Assembly: GCA_050742015.1 (NCBI GenBank)
Contig: JBOGEV010000039.1
Coordinates: 660 to 64,659, forward strand
DNA length: 64,000 bases
From: Acidimicrobiia bacterium
GTDB taxonomy: Bacteria > Actinomycetota > Acidimicrobiia > Spongiisociales > ZC4RG35
Direction: 5' to 3'
Part shown: in pieces, positions 44,193 to 54,384 of the stretch
How positions within the stretch are numbered: position 1 is the stretch's first letter
Layout: every line of letters starts with the position of its first letter
Notes under the pieces: generated by a model
The model's input: the letters and a program-made list of their open reading frames with translations, nothing else
The model's database searches: none
Told to the model about the DNA's origin: nothing
Made by a program: the position numbers and the translations under genes

Positions 44193-44731
44193 CCGACGAG
44201 CAGGAAATCCGGGGCCCGGAGCCGGCCCAACTGGTGGATCAGGAGCAGCGAGCCGAGCTCAGCGACCTCCAGGACACGGTCGACGACCTCATCGTCCACC
44301 TCCATGAGGCCAAGAACGTCCCCCTGTCCGGCAGCGCCATGGTCGACAGGGAGCAGTTCCTGGGGATGTTGGAGAAGATCCGGGCCGATCTCCCCGACGA
44401 GCTCCGGGCGGCGAGATGGATGGTCCGGGAACGTGAGGCCTTCATCGCCCGGACCAACGAAAAGGCCCGCGAGATCGTCGATCGCGCTCGCAATGAAGCG
44501 GACGCCCTGGTCTCGGATTCGAACATCATGGCCGAGGCGGTCGAGGAAGCGAACATCCTCGTGCGTCGGGCCGAAGGCGACGCGCGCCGTCTTCGTCTCG
44601 AGACAGAAGATGAGATCGAGCGCAAGCTGCAACGGGTCGAACTGATCCTCAACCAGGTGTTGGACCAGATCCAGGACGCCCGCGACGAGCTGCACGAGGC
44701 CCGTCCCAAGCCCCCGGACGTGCCGATCTGA
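44189..44731 (+). CDS. conserved coiled-coil protein (function unknown)
   Basis: Highly charged heptad-like sequence between coaD and the yceD-like gene. Overlaps the coaD stop. Confidence 0.6.
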   Translation: MTDEQEIRGPEPAQLVDQEQRAELSDLQDTVDDLIVHLHEAKNVPLSGSAMVDREQFLGMLEKIRADLPDELRAARWMVREREAFIARTNEKAREIVDRARNEADALVSDSNIMAEAVEEANILVRRAEGDARRLRLETEDEIERKLQRVELILNQVLDQIQDARDELHEARPKPPDVPI

Positions 44732-44732
44732 C

Positions 44733-45233
44733 ATGAGCCCCGAAGGCGAAGCGCTGGTGGTCCCGGTCGGCGACCTGATCGGCTCGCCGGGAAAGGAGCG
44801 GCCCTTCTCGGGAATCGTGTCGGTGAGCCTCCGGCTCGGCGACGCAAGGATCGATGGCCCGATGAATGTCTCGGGGAAGGTCATCGGCCTCATCGACGCC
44901 GTCGAGGCGGATTACCAGGCGGCGGCCACGGCCCAAATCGTGTGCACCCGTTGTCTGACGGAATGGGAAGCCCCGGTGACGGTGGAGTCAAAGCAGTACT
45001 TTCGGACGACACTCGACGAGGACGGATATGGCATCGTTCACGACGAAGTGGATGTCGGCGCCCCGGCCCGCGACGAGCTGGCATTGGCTCTTCCGGTCGC
45101 TCCGATCTGCAAGGAAGGCTGCCTGGGACTTTGCCCAACATGTGGAACCGACTTGAATAGTGATCCCTGCGGTGGCCATGGGGAGGATTCAGACTCACCT
45201 TTCGCCGCCCTGAAAGATCTATTCGATTCCTGA
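44733..45233 (+). CDS. yceD: YceD/DUF177 family protein
   Basis: C-terminal CKEGCLGLCPTCGTDLN Cys motif and the conserved position immediately upstream of rpmF. Confidence 0.85.
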   Translation: MSPEGEALVVPVGDLIGSPGKERPFSGIVSVSLRLGDARIDGPMNVSGKVIGLIDAVEADYQAAATAQIVCTRCLTEWEAPVTVESKQYFRTTLDEDGYGIVHDEVDVGAPARDELALALPVAPICKEGCLGLCPTCGTDLNSDPCGGHGEDSDSPFAALKDLFDS

Positions 45234-45249
45234 CCAAGGAGAGCACCAG

Positions 45250-45426
45250 ATGGCGGTGCCCAAGAAGAAAATGTCGCGCTCGCGGACCAGACAACGCAAA
45301 GCTGCGTGGAAGGTCTCACGCCCGACCGCCGTCGCTTGCGAACAGTGCGGCAAGCCGAAGCTGCCCCACCGCGCCTGTCGTGAGTGCGGCACCTACGGTG
45401 GGCGCGAGGTAATCGAGGTCAGCTGA
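45250..45426 (+). CDS. rpmF: 50S ribosomal protein L32
   Basis: Translated by hand: MAVPKKKMSRSRTRQRKAAWKVSRPTAVACEQCGKPKLPHRACRECGTYGGREVIEVS. 58 aa, below the ORF-track cutoff. Confidence 0.9.
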   Translation: MAVPKKKMSRSRTRQRKAAWKVSRPTAVACEQCGKPKLPHRACRECGTYGGREVIEVS

Positions 45427-45429
45427 ACC

Positions 45430-46401
45430 TTGGCCCGGATCGCCCTCGACGCTATGGGGGGCGACAACGCCCCGATCGAGACCGTCGCCGGAGCGGTTGA
45501 GGCAGCCGGCCGCGGAGTCGAAGTGGTCCTCGTCGGACGTCCCGAGGTCCTCGAAGCCGAGCTGGCGAAACATGGGACCCGACTCCCCATAGTCGACGCC
45601 CTGGAGGTGATCGGGATGGGAGAGGACCCGGCGCGGGCCATGCGCGAGAAGCCGGGGGCATCGATCAGTGTCGCCGCCAAGCTGGTGGCCGAAGACTCGG
45701 CGGAGGGTCTGGTCTCGGCCGGGTCCACCGGAGCGGCAATGGCCGCGTCGGCCATCGTCATCGGGAGGGTCAAGGGGGTCAACCGGCCCTCGATCGCATC
45801 TATCTTCCCCACGCCGGGGAGTCCCACGATCGTCCTCGACTCGGGGGCGAACCCCGATGTCAAGCCCGAGCAGTTGGTTCAGTTCGCCATCATGGGCAGC
45901 GTCGCCGCCGAGGTCCTGTTGGGGATCGAAGACCCCCGCGTCGGGCTGCTGTCAATAGGCGAGGAAAAGGGCAAGGGCCGCGACCTGGAGCGCGCCGCCT
46001 ATGAGCTCCTCGAGCAGGCGCCGATCAGATTCGTCGGCAATGTCGAGGGTCGTGATGTGGCCGCTGACAAGTCAGACGTAATCGTCACCGACGGTTTCAC
46101 CGGGAACATCTTCCTCAAGACGATGGAAGGAGCCGCCCAGGTGATGATGCGCTACGCCATGGAGGCGATCTCAGGGCTGGAAGGCGAAGTCCAGGAGTCG
46201 GTGCTGCCCGCCCTGGGCGAGGTTCGGCGGCGTCTCGACTACGAGACCTACGGAGGGGCTCAGCTCCTGGGAGTGAAAGGGGTTGTGGTCATCGCCCACG
46301 GCACCTCGAGCCGGGTCGCCATCGCCAATGCCCTGGTGATGGCGGCCGAAGGAGCCGAACAGGATCTCCCCGGTCGGTTGGCCGCCAGACTCGCCTCCTG
46401 A
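45430..46401 (+). CDS. plsX: phosphate acyltransferase
   Basis: ARIALDAMGGDNAP N-terminus, GNVEGRD, TDGFTGN. TTG start 3 nt after rpmF. Confidence 0.95.
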   Translation: MARIALDAMGGDNAPIETVAGAVEAAGRGVEVVLVGRPEVLEAELAKHGTRLPIVDALEVIGMGEDPARAMREKPGASISVAAKLVAEDSAEGLVSAGSTGAAMAASAIVIGRVKGVNRPSIASIFPTPGSPTIVLDSGANPDVKPEQLVQFAIMGSVAAEVLLGIEDPRVGLLSIGEEKGKGRDLERAAYELLEQAPIRFVGNVEGRDVAADKSDVIVTDGFTGNIFLKTMEGAAQVMMRYAMEAISGLEGEVQESVLPALGEVRRRLDYETYGGAQLLGVKGVVVIAHGTSSRVAIANALVMAAEGAEQDLPGRLAARLAS

Positions 46402-47075
46402 TGACTCTGGAGCAGCAGCTCGGTTACACCTTCCAGGACCCTGGTCTTCTCGCCCAAGCCCTCACCCACCGTTCGGTGAGTAGTGAGGACAGCTCACGAA
46501 GCGACAATGAGCGTCTCGAGTTCCTCGGCGACGCGGTTCTTCAGTTGGCCGTCACCAACTATCTGTACAACACGTTCCCCGATCTGGCCGAAGGAAAGCT
46601 GGCCAAGGTGAGAGCCGGCGTCGTGAGTCGGCCGGCTCTCGCCGATGTGGCGAGGAGCATCGATCTCGGCAGGCACATCGCCCTGACTCCCGCCGAGGAC
46701 CGGACAGGGGGTCGCGAGAAGGACTCGATCATGGCCGACGCCCTGGAGGCCGTGATCGGGGCCGTCTACCTGGAAGCTGGGCTCGAAACCGCCGCCCAAA
46801 TGGTGCTGCGGCTCTGGGCGGATCGCATCGACGATCGGGCGAAGCGGCCCGGCCTCAGGGACTACAAGACCCGTCTTCAGGAGGTGCTGGCCAAAGATGG
46901 CCGTCGCCCCGACTACCTGAGCGAAGGCTCCGGTCCCGACCACGAGCGGAGCTTCGTCGCCACCGTCGAGGTAAACGGTCTCGTGCTCGGCACCGGGTCC
47001 GGTCGCTCGAAGAAGGATGCGGAGCAGGGGGCGGCCGAGCAGGCGCTGAAGACGCTCATAGAAGGCTCGAGGTAG
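46401..47075 (+). CDS. rnc: ribonuclease III
   Basis: Signature NERLEFLGDAVL and a C-terminal dsRBD (GSGRSKKDAEQGAA). Confidence 0.95.
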   Translation: MTLEQQLGYTFQDPGLLAQALTHRSVSSEDSSRSDNERLEFLGDAVLQLAVTNYLYNTFPDLAEGKLAKVRAGVVSRPALADVARSIDLGRHIALTPAEDRTGGREKDSIMADALEAVIGAVYLEAGLETAAQMVLRLWADRIDDRAKRPGLRDYKTRLQEVLAKDGRRPDYLSEGSGPDHERSFVATVEVNGLVLGTGSGRSKKDAEQGAAEQALKTLIEGSR

Positions 47076-47862
47076 TCAGCGGCTCTTTGCGTGCCCGGAG
47101 GTCGATGTACCAGAGGGTGGTCATGACCGCGATCGCGGCCACGACCATGCCCTGGACCACAACCAGGACGACGAAGCCGAGACCCATCCCGATCCCGATG
47201 CCGCCGGCACCGAGGACGGGTAGGGCGACGAGTTGCACCAACTGGGCGGCGATCGACCCGATCAGGCCCACGAGGATCAGAAACCCGACCGTTGGCCACC
47301 AACGTCCCCGCACCAACGTGAAGCTGCGGCGAAGGGCAGCTGTTGGCCCGACGTTCTCGAGCGAGACAACGGCGGAAACCATCGTGAAGGATCCGAGCAG
47401 CCACAACCCGGGGATGACCAATGCGACCAGCCCAAGCGAGACCAGGACGAAGATCATGATGCCGGCGCCGACCAGCACCGGGAGACGGCCGAACGCCCGG
47501 GAGGTCGCCCCAGCAGTTCCCACCGGTTCCCCCGCGATCTCGGAGGCGACGATCCGATGCACCGTGAGATTCACGAAACCCGTGGCCAGGAGTTGGAGGA
47601 TCAGCGCGATGAGGAGTGTCTGGAAGAGGGCGAGCGTCGGCTCGACGAGCTCTTCGTCGCTCATCTCGTCGAGCACTTCGGGGTTCTCCAGGATGAGCTG
47701 GAGGAAGTCGTCCGCGCCGGTGACGGCAAAGGCGGCGATGGTGAGGGCGCCGAGGAGCACGAAAGCCCAGAAGGCGGGGGCGAAGAGCCGCTTCCAGACC
47801 CGGCCCAGCATGGTCATGCCCACGCCGAGAATGTCACCGAAGGTACGGGGGGTTATCTCCAT
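47056..47862 (-). CDS. hypothetical polytopic membrane protein
   Basis: Six or so TMs. The 3' end overlaps the rnc 3' end by 20 nt (convergent). Confidence 0.6.
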   Translation of the reverse strand: MEITPRTFGDILGVGMTMLGRVWKRLFAPAFWAFVLLGALTIAAFAVTGADDFLQLILENPEVLDEMSDEELVEPTLALFQTLLIALILQLLATGFVNLTVHRIVASEIAGEPVGTAGATSRAFGRLPVLVGAGIMIFVLVSLGLVALVIPGLWLLGSFTMVSAVVSLENVGPTAALRRSFTLVRGRWWPTVGFLILVGLIGSIAAQLVQLVALPVLGAGGIGIGMGLGFVVLVVVQGMVVAAIAVMTTLWYIDLRARKEPLTTSSLL

Positions 47863-47903
47863 GGGCCGGGGTACGGTAACCAGCCCCTCAGCCGGAGACT
47901 CTC

Positions 47904-48746
47904 GTGCCTGAACTACCCGAAGTCGAGATAACCCGACGGCATCTCGATGAGGCTATGACCGGTCGGAAGCTGACCGAGGTCAAGACGAGTCATGCGAGGA
48001 CTGCGCGTTACAACAGTGGCGGTCCCGACGAGGTCGACCAGCGTCTCGAGGGCCGGCTCGTCCTCGAGGTGCGACGGAAGGGCAAGTTCCTCGCCGCGCC
48101 CCTCGACGACGGGCAGACGCTGGTAGCCCATCTCGGGATGTCCGGCCGATTCACGGTCGGCGATCCGTCCGAGGAAGAGCCGGCCCATACCCATTTCCGG
48201 GCGACGCTCGACGAGGGCACCGAGGTCCGCTTCATCGATCCCCGCACCTTCGGCTTCGTGGCTGTCTTCACCGATGATGAGATTGCGGGCTCGGGGCTTG
48301 CACGGCTCGGCCCGGACGCTTGGGACACCACCCCGGCGACCGAAGCCCTCGCTGCCGTCCTGGCCAAGAGGACGGCGCCGATCAAGGCCCTACTCCTCGA
48401 TCAGGTCGTGGTCTCCGGTCTCGGCAACATCTACGCCGATGAGGCGCTGTTCTTGGCCCACATCCACCCACTTCGCCCGGGGAGAGACATCAGTGAAGAT
48501 GAGTTGGAGAGCCTCCTCACTGCCGTTCGGGAGGTGCTCGGCTCGGCCATCGACAACGGGGGGACCAGTCTGAGCGACCTCACCTATTTGCTGCCCGACG
48601 GACGAGCGGGGGAGAACATGGAAGAGCTCCTGGTCTACGGCCGGGCCGAGCTTCCCTGCCCGGAGTGCGGCACTCCGATCGAGCGCATCGTGATCCGGAA
48701 TCGGTCGAGCCATTTCTGCCCCAACTGCCAACCAACCCCGAAGTGA
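47904..48746 (+). CDS. mutM: formamidopyrimidine-DNA glycosylase
   Basis: MPELPEVE N-terminus and a C-terminal zinc finger CPECGTPI...CPNCQ. Confidence 0.95.
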   Translation: MPELPEVEITRRHLDEAMTGRKLTEVKTSHARTARYNSGGPDEVDQRLEGRLVLEVRRKGKFLAAPLDDGQTLVAHLGMSGRFTVGDPSEEEPAHTHFRATLDEGTEVRFIDPRTFGFVAVFTDDEIAGSGLARLGPDAWDTTPATEALAAVLAKRTAPIKALLLDQVVVSGLGNIYADEALFLAHIHPLRPGRDISEDELESLLTAVREVLGSAIDNGGTSLSDLTYLLPDGRAGENMEELLVYGRAELPCPECGTPIERIVIRNRSSHFCPNCQPTPK

Positions 48747-49039
48747 GCACCAAGGCAATCCATGCCCATGTCACCGGTCTCGTCCAGCAGGTCGGCTACC
48801 GGCAGAGCTGCCGTCAGGCCGCCCGCTCGCTGGGTCTGGTCGGCTGGATCAGGAACACAGCGGACGGCCGGGTAGAGGTGTTCGCCCAAGGTGGCGCCGA
48901 CGGCGTGGACCGGCTCGTCACCTGGCTCTGGGGGGGACCGGCCCTGGCCCGGGTGACCGGGGTCGAATCCGAGGTCGTCGCCGCGGATGACACCCTGCGT
49001 GATTTCTTCATCCATCCCAATCCGATGAAGAACGACTGA
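48743..49039 (+). CDS. acyP: acylphosphatase
   Basis: VTGLVQQVGYRQS...GWIRNTADGRVEV signature. GTG at 48743 in a GTGA overlap with the mutM stop. Confidence 0.85.
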   Translation: MSTKAIHAHVTGLVQQVGYRQSCRQAARSLGLVGWIRNTADGRVEVFAQGGADGVDRLVTWLWGGPALARVTGVESEVVAADDTLRDFFIHPNPMKND

Positions 49040-49102
49040 GTGCGTGCCCGCTGTTAGCCTGCCAGTGGTAATCACAGTCATGTCATTTGCCAGGGAATAG
49101 CT

Positions 49103-52100
49103 GTGTATTTGAAGTCTCTGAAACTCGTTGGGTTCAAGTCGTTCGCGGATAGGACCCGGCTCGAGTTCCGTCCCGGGGTGACTGTCGTCGTCGGCCCCAA
49201 CGGCTCGGGCAAGTCCAACCTGGTCGACGCACTGGCCTGGGTAATGGGGACCCAGTCGACCAAGGCACTGCGGACCGGGAGGATGGAAGACGTCGTCTTC
49301 GCCGGTACCGCCACCCGCCCTTCCCTCAATCGGGCCGAGGCCACACTCGTCATCGACAACGCCGAGCGCATGCTCCCTCTCGACCTCGACGAAGTGGCAT
49401 TGACCCGTCGGCTGTACCGGGACGGCTCCTCCGATTACGAGATCAACGGGGTCGGTTGCCGGTTGCTCGACGTGCAGGAGCTGCTCAGCGACTCGGGCGT
49501 GGGGCGGCACCAGCACGTGATCATCGGGCAAGGCCAGGTCGACGGGGTGCTCAACGCGTCGCCCGAAGACCACCGTGCGGTGGTCGAAGAGGCCGCCGGG
49601 ATCCTCAAGCACCGCCGCCGCAAGGAGAAATCCGAGCGCCGGCTGGAACGGACCGACGAAGACGTGCTCCGTCTGCAAGATCTCCTCGGGGAGATAGAGC
49701 GCCAGTTGCGGCCGTTGCGGCGCCAGGCTCGGGCCGCCGAGCGTTACGACGGTCTCAAGTCAGAGGTGCGTGACCTCCGTCTCTATCTGGCCAGGGTCTC
49801 CCTCGGGGCCCACGAGACCGAGATGGAGGAGAGTGCCGCTCGGTTGGAGGGTCTCACCTCTGGCATTGCAACCGGCGAGGCGGAACTTGCAGCGTTGTCG
49901 GCGACGGTGGAGGAGTTGGGCGTCAGGGCAGCCTTGGTAGGCACAGACCTGGATCGGGACACCGGGGCCGCGGCGCGGCTCGAAACCACCGTGGAGCGAC
50001 TCCGTCGGCTGGGGGCAGTCGCTCAGGAGCGGAGTCGCGCCCTGTCCGGGCGTCGCGAAGCCGGTATCGAGCGTCGCACCGACCTCCAGACGGAGCTGTC
50101 CGAGCTGAATCTGGAGATGGAGGAGGTTTCGAGCGCAGAGGTCGAGGCCACGGCCACCGCCGAGGCCAGGGAAACCCGATTCCGCGGCCTGGAGGACGAG
50201 GAGCGAACCATTGCCACCCAGAACTCCCTCTCACCCGAAGGGGCCTTGGCGGCGGTGCGGGGAGAGCTGTCTGTGCTCAGGGCTGCGAGTCTGCGCGATG
50301 CGCGCGAAGTCGAAGCGATCCAGCACAGAGTCGATGTCCTCGACTCGCAGCTGGGCGACGAGTCGTCGGATATATCGAGGATCAACGACGAGGTCAAAGA
50401 CCTGGACGAAGAGGTGTCCGCGCTCCAGACGGCTTATCAGAAGACCAGCCGACAGCGAGAGAGTGACCAGGAGGCCTGGTCCGAAGCCGAGGAAGCCCTG
50501 CGATCCGCACAGCTGGAGATTGCCGCCGCCGAAGCCAGGGTGGACGCGATGCAGTCGGCGCTCGCCTCTCGCCTCGACCTGGAGGCCCGGCGCGAGGTGG
50601 AGACCGCCGACGGCGCTCTGGGGTCTCTTGTCTCGCAGCTCGACATCCCCGATGGGCTCGAGAAGGCGGTCGATGCCGCGCTGGGCCGCTGGGTCGATGC
50701 CGTCGCCTTCTCGGGCGTCGATCGCCTCCAGGGGGCGGTCGAGTCGGTGAAGAGCGCAGGTGGGGGCGGGGTTCCGGTCGTGTCGGCCAGCGGAGCTGGA
50801 ACCACCCCGGCCTCTGACGTTGCAGTTGCATCCGGTGTCCAGGCCCTCGTGGATCGTCTCGGGCCGGCCGCCGACCGTGCACTGGCGGGTCGGCTGCTTG
50901 GAGATGTCCTCGTGGTCGAAGGGTGGACGACAGCGTGGGCATTGATCGCCCGACATCCTGCGCTGCGGGCCGTCACCCCCGAGGGCGACCTGATCACCGT
51001 CGACGGCGTGCAGATCGCCCATCCCGATGGTGCCGGCCCGGCGATGCTCGAGGCGGCGGAGGTGGAGGCGGAGAAGTGCCGGACCGCCCTGTCCCGGGCA
51101 ACCTCGATCCATACCGCGGCCAAGCGTGACTTCGAAAAGAGCCGCGACCACGAGAGGGTGGCGCTGGAACGCCTCGAAACCGCAGAGGTCGGCCTGGCAG
51201 GGCGAGCCGAGGCGATGGGTCGTCTTCAGAAGTCGGTCGTCGCCCTGGAAGGGGAGAGAGACAGGTTGAGGCAGCGGCTCACCTCGTTGAGCGAGGGAGC
51301 GACCGAAAGGGAGCGCCAAGTTGCAGATCTGACCGGTCGGCTCGAGTCTCTCGAAGGCGAGGAGGCGGTGCGGGTGAGGGTGTGGGAGGAGCTGGAGAGC
51401 CGTCGGATCGAGCTCGCCGCGGATCGAGAGAGGGCGCGCTCGGCGTGGCAGGAGGCAGCCTCGGTACAGAGCGGGATCATCGAGCGTCGCCGGTTGCTCG
51501 AAGAGCGCCTGGCCCGGATCCAGACCGATCTTCGCCGCGTCGAGGGCGACGAGACCCAGCCGATCGACACCGAGAAACTCGATCTGGTCGAGAGGTACGC
51601 CCGGCGGGCCGTGGACACACTCCAGGCGAGACTCGTTCGGCTTCGGGAGCGACAGGCCGGCCTCCGCACCGAGCACGACGAGACTATGACCGGGCTGACC
51701 CGCGCGCGGGACGATCTCGAAGAACGCCGTGAGGACATGACGAAGGCACGAGAGACAGTGGCTGAGCTTCAGGTGCGACTGACCGAATTGCGTCTGATGC
51801 GGGAGAGCGTGATCGAGAGCGTCCGCCGCGACGCCGACGCCGATGCAGACGCGGCACGTGGCGCTCCTCGACCCGACTACCCCGACGACGCCGATCTCGC
51901 CGGAATTCTCGAGGAGAAGGCCGCCCAGCTCCGCAGGCTCGGGCCCATCAACCCCCTGGCCGCCGCTGAGTTCGCCGAGCTCGATGAGCGGCACACGTTC
52001 CTCACCGACCAGCTGGCCGACGTCGAGTCCTCCCGATCTGAGTTGCGGAAAGTGATCAAGGCCCTGGAGGAGGAGATCGAACAACGATTCCAGGAGGCGT

Positions 52101-52552
52101 TCGCCGAGGTGGCGGATGCCTACCAGCGTTATTTCGGAATCCTGTTCCCAGGAGGCAGGGGGCGGATCCGTCTCACCGACCCCGACGACCCGCAATCCGG
52201 GCTCGTTATCGACGCCCAGCCCCTGGGCAAGAAGATCAGCCAGCTCACGCTGCTCTCAGGTGGGGAGCGGAGTCTGGCCGCATTGGCATTCCTTTTCTCC
52301 ATTTTCGAGGCCCGGCCCAGCCCGTTCTATGTGTTGGACGAGGTCGAGGCCGCCCTCGATGACGCCAACCTGCGGCGCTTCCTCCGCATCGTGGACGAGT
52401 TCCGGCAACGGGCGCAGTTGCTCATCGTGACCCATCAACAGCAGACGATGGAAGTCGCCGATGTCCTCTACGGCGTCACGATGGAGCCCGGAGGATCCTC
52501 TCAGGTGGTCCGCAAGGAGATGAGCTCCATCGGGGTCGACCTGGCCGTCTGA
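49103..52552 (+). CDS. smc: chromosome segregation protein SMC
   Basis: N-terminal Walker A GPNGSGKSN, long coiled coils, hinge. C-terminal LSGGERSLAALAFLF and YVLDEVEAALD. Confidence 0.95.
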   Translation: MYLKSLKLVGFKSFADRTRLEFRPGVTVVVGPNGSGKSNLVDALAWVMGTQSTKALRTGRMEDVVFAGTATRPSLNRAEATLVIDNAERMLPLDLDEVALTRRLYRDGSSDYEINGVGCRLLDVQELLSDSGVGRHQHVIIGQGQVDGVLNASPEDHRAVVEEAAGILKHRRRKEKSERRLERTDEDVLRLQDLLGEIERQLRPLRRQARAAERYDGLKSEVRDLRLYLARVSLGAHETEMEESAARLEGLTSGIATGEAELAALSATVEELGVRAALVGTDLDRDTGAAARLETTVERLRRLGAVAQERSRALSGRREAGIERRTDLQTELSELNLEMEEVSSAEVEATATAEARETRFRGLEDEERTIATQNSLSPEGALAAVRGELSVLRAASLRDAREVEAIQHRVDVLDSQLGDESSDISRINDEVKDLDEEVSALQTAYQKTSRQRESDQEAWSEAEEALRSAQLEIAAAEARVDAMQSALASRLDLEARREVETADGALGSLVSQLDIPDGLEKAVDAALGRWVDAVAFSGVDRLQGAVESVKSAGGGGVPVVSASGAGTTPASDVAVASGVQALVDRLGPAADRALAGRLLGDVLVVEGWTTAWALIARHPALRAVTPEGDLITVDGVQIAHPDGAGPAMLEAAEVEAEKCRTALSRATSIHTAAKRDFEKSRDHERVALERLETAEVGLAGRAEAMGRLQKSVVALEGERDRLRQRLTSLSEGATERERQVADLTGRLESLEGEEAVRVRVWEELESRRIELAADRERARSAWQEAASVQSGIIERRRLLEERLARIQTDLRRVEGDETQPIDTEKLDLVERYARRAVDTLQARLVRLRERQAGLRTEHDETMTGLTRARDDLEERREDMTKARETVAELQVRLTELRLMRESVIESVRRDADADADAARGAPRPDYPDDADLAGILEEKAAQLRRLGPINPLAAAEFAELDERHTFLTDQLADVESSRSELRKVIKALEEEIEQRFQEAFAEVADAYQRYFGILFPGGRGRIRLTDPDDPQSGLVIDAQPLGKKISQLTLLSGGERSLAALAFLFSIFEARPSPFYVLDEVEAALDDANLRRFLRIVDEFRQRAQLLIVTHQQQTMEVADVLYGVTMEPGGSSQVVRKEMSSIGVDLAV

Positions 52553-52561
52553 CGGTAGGTT

Positions 52562-53569
52562 TTGCGCCCAATGGAACCGATCTATTTCGCCCTGATCGTC
52601 ATCGCCGTGGTCCTGGTACTGGTCGCGGCCGTGATCGTGGCCGGCATTCGCCGGCGCCAGGAGGACACGGTCGGAACCGACGGTGCTGCGGCGGAGCGCT
52701 CGCGGATCGGACGGAGCGCCGCTGCCCTTGGCGCCTCGCTGCGCCGGGCCTGGGGCTCGGGGCTGGACGAGAACACCTGGGGCGAGTTGGAGGAGGCGTT
52801 GCTGAGTGCGGACGTGGGGCTCGAGGCCACGACGTCAGTGGTGGCCGGGGTCAGGGCGTCGGCGCCGGAGACCCCGGACCAGGCCCGTGAGGCCCTGGCC
52901 CGGCAGCTTCGAAAGGAGCTGGGGGAGAAGCAACGGGGACTCGATCTGGACGGCGCCCCGGCCGTGATCCTCGTGGTCGGGGTCAACGGGACCGGGAAGA
53001 CGACCACCATCGCCAAACTGGCCTCCAGGCTCAAGGACCAGGGGAGGGGCGTGGTGCTCGCCGCCGGTGACACGTTTCGCGCTGCCGCCGGAGCACAGTT
53101 GGAGACCTGGGCCGACCGGCTCGGGGTCCAGGTCGTGTCCGGGCAAGAAGGTGGTGATCCGGCCTCGGTGGCCTTCGATGCAATCGGCTCTGCCCGCGCC
53201 AAAGGCACCGACGTCGTCATTGTCGACACCGCGGGCCGTTTACATGCGAAGAAGAACCTCATGGCCGAGTTGGGCAAGATCCATCGGGTGGCTGCCGGTG
53301 ATCGCGGTCGTGTGGACGAGGTGCTCCTGGTCCTCGACGCGACCGGTGGCCAGAACGGGGTGACCCAGGTGCGGGAGTTCGCCGCAGCGGTGCCGATCAG
53401 CGGGATCGTGCTCACCAAGCTCGACGGGACCGCCAAAGGCGGGATCGTGATCGCCGTGGAGCGTCAGCTCGGGGTGCCGGTAAAGTTCGTCGGGCTGGGT
53501 GAGGGAATCGACGACCTCGTGCCTTTCGACCCGGACGCATTTGTCGCCGATCTCCTGGAGCAGTCGTGA
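52562..53569 (+). CDS. ftsY: signal recognition particle receptor FtsY
   Basis: N-terminal TM/anchor. NG domain with GVNGTGKTTT, DTAGR, TKLDGTAKGG. Confidence 0.95.
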   Translation: MRPMEPIYFALIVIAVVLVLVAAVIVAGIRRRQEDTVGTDGAAAERSRIGRSAAALGASLRRAWGSGLDENTWGELEEALLSADVGLEATTSVVAGVRASAPETPDQAREALARQLRKELGEKQRGLDLDGAPAVILVVGVNGTGKTTTIAKLASRLKDQGRGVVLAAGDTFRAAAGAQLETWADRLGVQVVSGQEGGDPASVAFDAIGSARAKGTDVVIVDTAGRLHAKKNLMAELGKIHRVAAGDRGRVDEVLLVLDATGGQNGVTQVREFAAAVPISGIVLTKLDGTAKGGIVIAVERQLGVPVKFVGLGEGIDDLVPFDPDAFVADLLEQS

Positions 53570-53955
53570 ATCGAGATGAACTGGTCGCTGCGGCGCGGGC
53601 TGCTGCCGAAAACGCCTATTCGCCATATTCAGAGTTCCGCGTCGGCGCGGTCGTCGTCGGAGCCGATGGCGAGGTGTTCACCGGCGCCAACGTCGAGAAC
53701 GCGGCCTACCCGTCTTCGAATTGTGGCGAGGCCACCGCCATCCACAGCGCGGTGGCAGCCGGGGTGCGAAAGATCGACACGTTGGCTGTCGCCTGCATCG
53801 ACGCCAAGGACGTCCAGGGGGCGTACCCCTGTGGGCGGTGCCGGCAGATCATGACCGAGTTCGGTGTCGACACCATCATCGTGGCGGCCGGTGAGGGCTC
53901 GGAGATCCGGGAGCACACTCTCGACGAGTTGCTGCCCTACCGCTTCACCTTCTGA
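53566..53955 (+). CDS. cdd: cytidine deaminase
   Basis: Zinc-site motifs C-G-E-A and PCGRCRQ. 129 aa. Overlaps the ftsY stop. Confidence 0.85.
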   Translation: MNRDELVAAARAAAENAYSPYSEFRVGAVVVGADGEVFTGANVENAAYPSSNCGEATAIHSAVAAGVRKIDTLAVACIDAKDVQGAYPCGRCRQIMTEFGVDTIIVAAGEGSEIREHTLDELLPYRFTF

Positions 53956-53961
53956 GGGGGA

Positions 53962-54384
53962 TCACCCGCCGGCACGCCATTCGCCGCGGTTCTCCTCACG
54001 TACCACGAAACGGAGCCCGGACCAGGTGTCGTCCACGGCGATCACCTTGTTGTCCACCATGCCGGTGGGAAGGAAGAGGTCCCTGAGAGCCTGCTCGGTC
54101 AGGTCGGTCTCCACACCCGAGCTCTTCTTGGGCCAGAACACCCAGATCGCCCCGTCAGGAGGCAGGTAGGTGATGGCTCGCTCGAACCCTCTCTGGGCTT
54201 CATCGGAGCGGTCGGCGAAGACGATGAATATGTCGGCAGGCAGCTCGGTGCGGTGGACAACGACGTCGGGTGGAAGGTCACCGAGATCGATGTCGAAGTA
54301 ATTGGGCATGTTGAGTATGCCAACCGTCTTCCCCTCCGTGATGCCCAGCTTCAGGGCCAGCGGTTTCCCGCTGTAACCGGCCAT
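53962..54384 (-). CDS. DUF3052-like protein
   Basis: MAGYSGKPLALKLGI... with the typical about 140-aa length. The ATG shares one base with the pirin stop. The ORF-track 269-aa version is an N-terminal over-extension through the pirin gene. Confidence 0.7.
   Translation of the reverse strand: MAGYSGKPLALKLGITEGKTVGILNMPNYFDIDLGDLPPDVVVHRTELPADIFIVFADRSDEAQRGFERAITYLPPDGAIWVFWPKKSSGVETDLTEQALRDLFLPTGMVDNKVIAVDDTWSGLRFVVREENRGEWRAGG

Noticed and set aside
50231-52195. 654-aa ORF antisense to smc
   Set aside because: Antisense artefact.
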